Origin: Candidatus Asbonarchaeum danakilense
Lineage (GTDB): Archaea > Nanohalarchaeota > Nanosalinia > Nanosalinales > Nanoanaerosalinaceae
Direction of reading: 5' to 3'
Assembly (NCBI GenBank): GCA_034190465.1
Contig: JAXINV010000018.1
Span: forward strand, 1 to 49,247
Length of the DNA stretch: 49,247 bases
Shown: positions 40,439 to 47,705 of the stretch, in pieces
Layout of the letters: the number at the start of each line of letters is the position of its first letter
Numbering within the stretch: position 1 is the first letter of the stretch
The notes under the pieces: model-generated
What the model was told of the DNA's origin: nothing
Databases searched by the model: none
Seen by the model: only the letters and a program-made list of their open reading frames with translations
Made by a program: the position numbers and the translations under genes

Positions 40439-40487
40439 CGCAGCCACCTGTGAAGCATGTGTCACCGCGGGAACATAAAAATAGGGG

Positions 40488-40859
40488 TCAGTCGTCGAAC
40501 TCGGTGTACTTCTTCCGGGAGCCCTTTGCCTTCTCGACGGGGTATTTCTCCGCGGTCTTGGCCAGCTTGCGGTGGAACGCGTCTGCGAGGTCGATGTCGT
40601 AGAACTGGGCGATCCTGAGGAGGTGGTAGAATACGTCGGCAAGTTCGTCTTTCACGTCTTCGCGCTGGTCCGGGTCGTCCATCGTCGCGGCCACCTGGTC
40701 CTCGTCCATGTACCGGAAATGCTCCAGCAGCTCGGAGGCCTCGATGGACAGTGCGACGGCCAGTTCCTTGGCGTCGTGGAACTGGTCCCAGTCCCGCTCC
40801 CCGCAGAACTCACCGATCTCGTCTTTGAGCTCGTCCAGTGTCACGTCGCTGTCGGTCAT
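40488..40859 (-). CDS. MazG-like nucleotide pyrophosphohydrolase (dCTPase-like)
   Basis: ERDWDQFH..KELAVALSIEASELLE, DELADV and KYP motifs. Confidence 0.93.
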   Translation of the reverse strand: MTDSDVTLDELKDEIGEFCGERDWDQFHDAKELAVALSIEASELLEHFRYMDEDQVAATMDDPDQREDVKDELADVFYHLLRIAQFYDIDLADAFHRKLAKTAEKYPVEKAKGSRKKYTEFDD

Positions 40860-40938
40860 ACCTGACGGTTCCCAGGACAGATTCAAAAACGCTTCCATCG
40901 TCGGACGGGCGGCAGCGTGTCACGCACTACGGCCTTTT

Positions 40939-42021
40939 TCAAGAGCGCTCACTGTACCAGTCCGCAACCTCAGGCCAGACATCTTCGTGCGCTCTGCCTG
41001 AAACCGATAGCCCGACGTGGCCGGAAGAGGCTTCGATGGTCTCGGTGTCGTCGGTCGCAGCGAGGTCGTTGAGCGCTCTGGAGCTTTCTGGGGGGACGAT
41101 GTCGTCGTATTCGCCGAGCACCTGGATCAGCGGAACGTCGATCGCGCCGAGGTCGACGGGTTCGCGGTGTCGTCCGTCCTGCTCCAGCTGCATCCGGCCT
41201 TCGACCAGTTTGTTGTCCTGGTAGATGTCCTCGACGAATTTCCGGTATGCCTCGCCGGGGACGTCCTTGGAGTCGTTGAGCCATTTCTCCATCGCGGCGA
41301 AGAATTCGACACGTTCTTCGTCATCTCTGTTCTCCCAGAGGTCGATGTACTTTGTCACGGTGTTCTCCACGGGATCCTGCAGGGTGAAGCCGATGTCGAG
41401 GAGTTCTCCTGGCATGTTGCCGTACTCCTCGACCAGCAGCTCGGGGTCGATGTGCTGGCCCGCTTCCTCGATCTCACCGCCGCTGCCGTCCATCTCGAAC
41501 GCGGATGCCATGAGACCGAGTGCGTTGACCTTGTCCTGGTTGAACGAGGTATACATCGCTGCCATGGTCCCGCCCATGCAGTAGCCGAGCAGGTTGACTT
41601 CGTCGCTGTCCGCGTCCTCCCGGACGGCGTCGACAGCGTCGTCCAGATACCGTGAAACGTAGTCGTCCAGCCGCCGCGACTTCTCGGTCCTGTCCGGCTC
41701 ACCCCAGTCCAGCATGTAGACGTCGTGGCCCTCGTCCTGCAGGGTCTCGACGACGCTTCGCCCCTCCTGGAGGTCGAGGATGTAGTCCTCGTTCACCATC
41801 GATGGCACGATGAGCAGCGGTGTGTCTTCCTCACTGTCATCGGTGTAGTGCTCCAGCTGCATGTGGTGCTCCTGCCAGACCTGCTCGCTGTCGGTCGGCC
41901 CGACCTCGACGTTGACCATGGTGTCGGCGTAGTCCGGGAGCAGGCCCATATCGGACAGGGTCTCCATCCCCTGCTCGTACATCCGCTTCTGTTGCTTGTA
42001 CATGTTGATGAACGGCTCCAT
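40939..42021 (-). CDS. phaC: class III poly(3-hydroxyalkanoate) synthase subunit PhaC
   Basis: TPLLIVPSMVNEDYILDLQ, DVYMLDWG, GYCMGG catalytic box, MEKWL.D, YQDNKL, YDDIVP and GHVG motifs, about 360 aa. Confidence 0.9.
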   Translation of the reverse strand: MEPFINMYKQQKRMYEQGMETLSDMGLLPDYADTMVNVEVGPTDSEQVWQEHHMQLEHYTDDSEEDTPLLIVPSMVNEDYILDLQEGRSVVETLQDEGHDVYMLDWGEPDRTEKSRRLDDYVSRYLDDAVDAVREDADSDEVNLLGYCMGGTMAAMYTSFNQDKVNALGLMASAFEMDGSGGEIEEAGQHIDPELLVEEYGNMPGELLDIGFTLQDPVENTVTKYIDLWENRDDEERVEFFAAMEKWLNDSKDVPGEAYRKFVEDIYQDNKLVEGRMQLEQDGRHREPVDLGAIDVPLIQVLGEYDDIVPPESSRALNDLAATDDTETIEASSGHVGLSVSGRAHEDVWPEVADWYSERS

Positions 42022-42162
42022 CGTTATCCGCCTCTCCGTGTGTCGGTGAGGATAGCTTTGCGGTTGGCGTCCATGGTGTATTCCCAATTGCAGCGGCGGA
42101 TGGGAAGCTGTTAAATATGCGGGGGTGTCCCGCAGAAGGTTTACACTGGTGAAACAGGTTAC

Positions 42163-42500
42163 GGAGGAGTGACGTGGGGTGGCGCTGAAGACAGGTGCGT
42201 CCATCCGATGAGGATCGCGAGGTCTCTGTTGCCGGTTTCGGAGACAAGGAAGTTATCCTGCTCCTGCAGATGCCGATAGAGGAGGGTAATGCCCCCGAGT
42301 GGACGCGAGACGCTTGTATTACAAGACGCAGACGACCCCTTCTCAGGGGGTCTGGAAAGGTATATAAGCTCCACCCTGCCACACAGGAAACAGTGAATGG
42401 CAGATAGTGATGGCCAAAGAGCACGCCTACGATTCCTGCCGCCATGGTGAGTGGCCGGGGAGAAATTTAAAGCACAAGTTACGCCGCTTGGTACGCCTCC
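42163..42500 (+). ncRNA. candidate ~340-nt structured ncRNA (possibly divergent RNase P RNA)
   Basis: No credible ORF. The 5' end (GGAGG...GGGTGGCG) pairs with the 3' end (CGCCGCTT...CCTCC), with at least 6 internal helices. TTTACA at 42140-42145 upstream and a T-tract at 42525-42536 downstream. Confidence 0.6.
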
Positions 42501-42624
42501 TCGACCCTGATTGGCCCTGAGACGTTTTTCTTTCTTCGAGTCGCTGGAATGGGCTGCTGCGGCTTTTTGCTCCGCGTCTCCAACCTATTTAAAAATCGGG
42601 CGTCCATGGTGGGGCGTGGTTGTC

Positions 42625-43143
42625 ATGGATGATCAACAGCAAGTCGGCTATCACAAGGGCGCGCTCGAGGCCCTGGTCAATGAGAAGAACGAACTCTCCC
42701 GCCTGCTCCAGATCGTGAACTCGCTGATCGAGAAACACGCGAAGGCGCTGCAGGACGCGGGCGTTGACGTGGAGGAATACCTGAATCAGCTCGCTGAGGA
42801 GCAGAAGCAGCGCGCCGACCAGGCGAAGGCACAGCAAGGAGGCCAGCGCCAGCAGGGCGGCCAGTCCCGCGGCGGTCAACAGGAGGGCAACCAGGGCGGC
42901 GGACGCCGTGACAGGCAGAACCGTGCGGACCGCAGCTCGAACGACCGGCAGTCCCGCGGCGGTCAGCAGGGCGGTCAACAGGGTGGCCAGCACGGTGGAA
43001 CAGGAGGTGGCCAGCGCGGTGGCTCCCAGTCACAGGATGAGCCGGACAGGGCCGGCCTTGGCGGCGACCAGGGCCGTGACGGTTCACAGGACGAGGGCGG
43101 CTTCGGTATCGACGACGATGACAGCGACGAGCCCTGGAACTAG
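42625..43143 (+). CDS. small helical domain plus Q/G/R-rich disordered tail with acidic tip
   Basis: QVGYHKGALEALVNEKNELSRLLQIV coiled domain, then GGQQGGQ repeats ending DDDDSDEPWN. TTTAAAAA about 30 nt upstream. Confidence 0.78.
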   Translation: MDDQQQVGYHKGALEALVNEKNELSRLLQIVNSLIEKHAKALQDAGVDVEEYLNQLAEEQKQRADQAKAQQGGQRQQGGQSRGGQQEGNQGGGRRDRQNRADRSSNDRQSRGGQQGGQQGGQHGGTGGGQRGGSQSQDEPDRAGLGGDQGRDGSQDEGGFGIDDDDSDEPWN

Positions 43144-43781
43144 CGGAGGTGGCGGTCCTCCCACCGCTTGATTGCGTCATCGTCGACCCGTAGCTCTTCG
43201 TTTTCCTCTGTCTCTTCTTTTTCCCTGTACCGCAGCCGCAGCACTGCCCCGGTCACGATCCCGAACCCGAGGCCGTACAGGTGTGCGCCGTAGGCGATGC
43301 CTGACGCGGCGCCGGCCCCTGCCAGGTTGGTCATGATCCAGCCCAGCAGCGCGGCCCACATCGGCACGGGGACACCCCAGAACAGGCCGATCTTCCGCGG
43401 CCGGTAGACGGCCAGCGCGGCGATGACGGTTGAGATCGCTCCTGATGCGCCGAGCAGTCCGGTGTAGTCGAACAGGGTGAAGGCGGACAGGTTGGCGGCG
43501 ATGCCGCCGAGGATGAAGACCAGGAAGAACCGCCTGCTGCCGATGAACAGTTCCAGCATCGTTCCGAAGACGACGAGGAAGAACAGGTTGTTCAGCAGGT
43601 GCATGTAGTCGCCGGGGTTGTGGATGAAGACGCTTGAGAGGAGAGTCCACGGCCGTTCCGCGATGGTTGCTGGACGGAGGACGAGCAGTTCTGTGAGCGG
43701 CGGATAGAGCAGCTGCCCGATGTAGACGGCGATCAGCAGCCCGCTGATCCAGAGCGCGAGGTAGTGGTTAGACCGTTCCAA
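43140..43781 (-). CDS. rhomboid family intramembrane serine protease
   Basis: PWT..SSVFIH, HLLNN, GASG (Ser) and AHLYG (His) motifs. Confidence 0.94.
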   Translation of the reverse strand: MERSNHYLALWISGLLIAVYIGQLLYPPLTELLVLRPATIAERPWTLLSSVFIHNPGDYMHLLNNLFFLVVFGTMLELFIGSRRFFLVFILGGIAANLSAFTLFDYTGLLGASGAISTVIAALAVYRPRKIGLFWGVPVPMWAALLGWIMTNLAGAGAASGIAYGAHLYGLGFGIVTGAVLRLRYREKEETEENEELRVDDDAIKRWEDRHLR

Positions 43782-45360
43782 GGATATCCGCGACCCGTTC
43801 CTGGCCGAGGCCCATGATGAAGTTTGAGAGCCGCGGGCCGTCGTCCTGATCGAGCAGGCAGCGGTACGCGGTCTCGAAGAACTCGCCGGTGTCCAGCCCG
43901 GTCTCGTCCTTGATGCCGAACAGCCGGTCGTCCAGTTCGTTGCTGTCGAAGTCGTGCTCCCGCAGCTCCTCGGCGATCGCGCGCATCGCTTCCCGCTGCT
44001 CGGCGGTCAGGTCGTCCTGCACGTGGTCGGGGACCTGGTCCTGGATCCTGTAGACGTACTTGTCCGGGGCGTACTCCCGCGCCCAGGTCTGTGCTTTCTC
44101 CAGCCAGGCGACAAGCCGGTCGATCTGGTCGTCGCTGAGCTCGCCTTCGACGTGGCCGGTGCTGCGGAGGCTGTCGATGACCCCGCTGCGCCACTCGTCC
44201 CGAGGCCGTGTCTGGGCGAGCAGCGCGAGATGGTCGAACGGGGGTCTGACCGGCTGTTCGTCGGGGACGTCGACCATGGCGAGCTCGTAGACCCGCTTCC
44301 AGTGCTCCCGCTTCCGGTCGTTGTCCAGCTGGTCGGGGTTGAAGTAGACGTCCTCGATCCTGCTGAACTTCTCGTACCGGCTGATGACGCCTTCGTCGAA
44401 CGCGATGTCGAACTCCTTGTTGGGCTTGGTCTCGGAGAACAGGAACCGGATCAGCTCGGGTGTGTAGACCTCCTTGAGGTCGCTGAGTGTGGCGACGTCG
44501 CCGCTGGAGCTGCTCATCTTGCCCTGCAGGCCTTTGAGGGAGATGAAGTCGTACATCTGGTAGACGGGGGCGGGATGGTCGAAGACCTGTTCGACGATCT
44601 CCTTGCCGGTGTCACGCGAGCTCCCGGCGGCTGAGTGGTCTTTGCCGCCGGGTTCGAAGGCGACGTCCTCGTACTTCCACCGCATCGGCCAGTCGACCCG
44701 CCACGGTGGTTTGACGCTGTCACGGTCTCTGAAGTTGATGGCGAAGTCGTCGTCGCATTCGTTGCAGTGGTATTCGATACTGTATTCGCCGTCGTACGAT
44801 GTTATCTCGGTGAAGTCCTTGCCGCAGAACTGGCAGTAGACCCGGAGCGGCCACCAGTCGTCGTCCAGCGGTTCTTCACGGTGCTGGTCGAGGATGTCCT
44901 TGATCGTGTCCCGGTGCTGCATCGCCTGCCTGATGAGCTCGGCGTAGTCGCCGTCCTGGAACTTCTGGGACTGCCTGATGAATTCGATGTCCATGTGCAT
45001 GTCGGCGAGCTCGTCCTCCAGCTGTTCTTCGAAGTGTGCGGCGTAGCTGTCGTGGCAGTCCCACGGGTCGGGGACCTCGGCGAGCGGCTTGCCGATGTGC
45101 TGTTCCCATTCGTCGGGGACGTTGTCCGGGACCTTGCGGAACCGGTCGTAGTCGTCCCAGGAGTAGATGAACCGCGTGTCCTCGCCCAGGTGCTGGAGTG
45201 ATTTGACGACGAAGTCGGTGGTGATGATCTCGCGGAAGTTGCCGGCGTGGACCGTGCCTGACGGGGAGATCCCGGAGGCGCAGACGTAGATGTCCCGGTC
45301 CTCGAACTTCTTCGTGACACCGAACGCAATCTGGTCCGACCAGAAGAGCGGTTGTTCCAT
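43768..45360 (-). CDS. lysS: lysine--tRNA ligase, class I
   Basis: SGISPSGTVHAGN, DDYDRFRKVP, WRVDWPMRW, EPGGKDH, KMSSS and GPRL motifs. Start at the ATG at 45360. Confidence 0.97.
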   Translation of the reverse strand: MEQPLFWSDQIAFGVTKKFEDRDIYVCASGISPSGTVHAGNFREIITTDFVVKSLQHLGEDTRFIYSWDDYDRFRKVPDNVPDEWEQHIGKPLAEVPDPWDCHDSYAAHFEEQLEDELADMHMDIEFIRQSQKFQDGDYAELIRQAMQHRDTIKDILDQHREEPLDDDWWPLRVYCQFCGKDFTEITSYDGEYSIEYHCNECDDDFAINFRDRDSVKPPWRVDWPMRWKYEDVAFEPGGKDHSAAGSSRDTGKEIVEQVFDHPAPVYQMYDFISLKGLQGKMSSSSGDVATLSDLKEVYTPELIRFLFSETKPNKEFDIAFDEGVISRYEKFSRIEDVYFNPDQLDNDRKREHWKRVYELAMVDVPDEQPVRPPFDHLALLAQTRPRDEWRSGVIDSLRSTGHVEGELSDDQIDRLVAWLEKAQTWAREYAPDKYVYRIQDQVPDHVQDDLTAEQREAMRAIAEELREHDFDSNELDDRLFGIKDETGLDTGEFFETAYRCLLDQDDGPRLSNFIMGLGQERVADILGTV

Positions 45361-45448
45361 GGTGGTTGGTGGCGCGCGGGTGGTTAAAAATCTGTGCGTG
45401 AGCGGCCGCGGATCAGATTTATATACGTGGCAGGGAAGTGCTGGCCTG

Positions 45449-46963
45449 ATGCTGCCGGGATTCTTGAACATGAACATCGTCGCGATTCTGCTGCTTGTGG
45501 CGGGTGTCGCGGCCCTGCTGTGGCGCGACAGGGAGAAGATCGAGCGGCATTCGATCCTGATCGTGCGCAGGACGGAGCACGGCATCGAGTTCCTGGACCG
45601 CGTGGCCAAACGCGCGCCACGGCTGTGGAAGGTCTGGTCGACGCTCGGTGTGATCGGTTCGTTCGTCGTGATGGGCTTCATCGTCTACTTCCTGTTCAAG
45701 AACGGTCTCAAGGTCCTGATGAGCGCCCAGGCGGTCCCTGCGGTCGGGCTGCTGCTGCCGACGGTCGGCGGCCAGGCGTCGATGGGTCCTGGCTACTTCC
45801 TGGTGCCGTTCTGGTACTGGATCGTCGGGATTTCGACGGTGGCGATCTTCCACGAGATGATGCACGGTGTGATCGCCCGGAACGAGGGCTTCCCGATCAA
45901 GTCTGTCGGCTGGTTTGTGCTGGGTATCCTTCCCGGGGCGTTCGTGGAGCCGGAGGGCGAGGAGATGCTGCCCGATGCCTCGGACGATGACGAGGAGGAA
46001 GCTGACGATGATAAAGATGAGGACGCTGATGATGACGAGGACGATGACGGCCCGCTCCGCGTTGAGGGGCCGTGGGGCGACGGTGACTGGAAGTCGAAGC
46101 TGCGCGTGCTGGCTGCCGGCAGCGCGGCCAACCTGACGATCGCTCTGCTGATCTTCGGCGTGATGCTGGGTATGACGACGACGGCGCACGGCCAGCGCGA
46201 GATCAAGGGTTTGTACGAGTACAACGGCGCTGAGATCGTCTCGATTTACAATAACACTGCTGCGGATCGGGCGGGACTGAAGCCGGGGATGGTGGTGGCC
46301 TCAATGGACGGCCACACGGTCACGGATGTGCGCGACTTCCTCCGGATCGGTTCGAACTTCTCGGTGAATGAGACGGTGTGGATGGCCGGGACGTACAACG
46401 GCTCGCGGTTCAATATCTCGGCGGAGATCGAGACGCGGCAGGTCCGGAACTTCACGTACCGTCCTGCCCCGATCGACCCGCTGCTTGTGGCGCTGGAGCG
46501 GCGTGTGCCGGGCACGATCGAGAACTATGCGGCGTACAATGACTGGGTCGTCGGCGAGGATATACGGACGGAGCTGGAGCGCTGGCGGTGGATCCGGCGG
46601 AACTATGAGGGCATGGATCAGCGCGCATCGGAGCGGATCGATGCGCTGGAGGCGAAGCTGGAGGATGGTCCTGAGCCGTTCCTCGGTGTGGGTATCGTGT
46701 CGGCGACGTCGGTCAAGGCCGGCATGGCGCCGCTGGTGCCGATCGCGGAGGTGCTGCTGAAGCTGTTCTTCTTCATGGTGATGATCCATGCGGGCATCGG
46801 TGCGGCGAATATGATGCCGATCAAGCCGCTGGACGGTGGCTGGATGCTGTCGACGGTGATGGAGCGGATCAGACCGGCGTGGCAGCGCCCTGTGGTTCGG
46901 TTCGCGACGCTGGGGACGCTCTTCCTGTTTGCGGTGAACATCGCGGTGCCGTTGCTGTTCTGA
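45449..46963 (+). CDS. site-2 protease (M50) with PDZ-like domain
   Basis: HEMMH, GAFVEP, AAGSAAN and NMMPIKPLDGG motifs. AADRAGLKPG PDZ-like segment. Start at 45449 or 45470. Confidence 0.93.
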   Translation: MLPGFLNMNIVAILLLVAGVAALLWRDREKIERHSILIVRRTEHGIEFLDRVAKRAPRLWKVWSTLGVIGSFVVMGFIVYFLFKNGLKVLMSAQAVPAVGLLLPTVGGQASMGPGYFLVPFWYWIVGISTVAIFHEMMHGVIARNEGFPIKSVGWFVLGILPGAFVEPEGEEMLPDASDDDEEEADDDKDEDADDDEDDDGPLRVEGPWGDGDWKSKLRVLAAGSAANLTIALLIFGVMLGMTTTAHGQREIKGLYEYNGAEIVSIYNNTAADRAGLKPGMVVASMDGHTVTDVRDFLRIGSNFSVNETVWMAGTYNGSRFNISAEIETRQVRNFTYRPAPIDPLLVALERRVPGTIENYAAYNDWVVGEDIRTELERWRWIRRNYEGMDQRASERIDALEAKLEDGPEPFLGVGIVSATSVKAGMAPLVPIAEVLLKLFFFMVMIHAGIGAANMMPIKPLDGGWMLSTVMERIRPAWQRPVVRFATLGTLFLFAVNIAVPLLF

Positions 46964-47153
46964 CGATGAGCGCTTCGTGGGAGAGGGTGCCCTCGTGTGA
47001 CGCCGTTATGTCTTATCGAGGGATAGGGCCGTAACTTATAAGCCTGGACGTTGCAGGTACCGGTGCGTAACGTGGTGGTGTGCCTGGTTCCTCGTTTGAG
47101 GTGACGGGAACGGAAGGTCCTCGAATCTTCCAACCACCGGAATGTCAGTAAAT

Positions 47154-47202
47154 GGCGGGGTGGTGGACTGGTCGAACCGCTGTGTTCGGCCATCATCACC
47201 GC
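47154..47202 (+). repeat. upstream copy and anti-copy of the tRNA-Pro 5' end
   Basis: GGCGGGGTGGTG at 47154-47165 equals the first 12 nt of the tRNA. CATCATCACCGC (47191-47202) is its G:U-tolerant complement, enclosing hairpin GGTCGAAC/GTTCGGCC. Confidence 0.7.
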
Positions 47203-47218
47203 GTGTTGAGTGTCATGT

Positions 47219-47291
47219 GGCGGGGTGGTGTAGTGGACTATCATCGCAGCCTCGGGCGCTGTGGACCCCGGTTCAAATCCGGGCCCTGCCA
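47219..47291 (+). tRNA. tRNA-Pro(CGG)
   Basis: GGCGGGG/CCCTGCC-A acceptor, GCAGC-CTCGGGC-GCTGT anticodon arm, CCCGG-TTCAAAT-CCGGG T-arm. Confidence 0.94.
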
Positions 47292-47293
47292 TC

Positions 47294-47604
47294 TCACGTT
47301 CGTTCGCTGACAAGCCCGTGTTTTGAACCTTGAGCATGGTCTGTGATCTGCGACCGGTTCAAATCCGGGCCCTGCCATCCGACTGGTTACGCTCGGTCGA
47401 CACGCAAGAGCGGGTTCGCAAGCGAACCCACTGAAAGGCTTGTGGATTTGAACCCCAAGAAAATCTTTGATTTTCGAGTTCAAATCCGGGCCCTGCCATC
47501 GCTTCGCTCGGCAGCTGGCGGATTTTCACACTCCGGTTCTCAGTCGAGAACCTCCGAGGTACAAATCCGGGCCCCGAGAACTGCCGCCTGCTTCGTTTGG
47601 CAGG
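47294..47604 (+). repeat. tRNA-Pro 3'-end repeat/anti-repeat hairpin array
   Basis: Copies of the tRNA 3' end at 47354-47379 (26 nt exact), 47478-47500 (23 nt exact) and 47558-47575 (degenerate). Anti-copies at 47314-47329, 47444-47454 and 47510-47525. Confidence 0.9.
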
Positions 47605-47705
47605 TGTTCGGATCTGGAGGAGGTGCTGACTACGCCGGGTTCTGCCGCCGCCGGGCCGATGTTACGCGTATATTTATTAACCTGCGCGGGGAAGTGTTAC
47701 CCTGT

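Noticed and set aside
42163-42500. SRP RNA, or group I / group II intron identity for the structured RNA
   Set aside because: I could not find an SRP helix-8 motif, group I P7 (R/S) elements or a group II domain V, and it does not interrupt a gene.
45290-45681. N-terminal extensions of LysS and the site-2 protease
   Set aside because: Conserved sequence begins at 45360 (minus) and about 45449-45470 (plus), with TATA boxes between them.
47154-47500. Split or permuted tRNA halves as in Nanoarchaeum
   Set aside because: The fragments are only 12-26 nt, lack anticodon arms and BHB junctions, and the intact tRNA is present.
47268-47575. True CRISPR array
   Set aside because: The repeat is the tRNA 3' end, the spacers are 57-98 nt, uneven and self-structured, and no cas genes are in the window.
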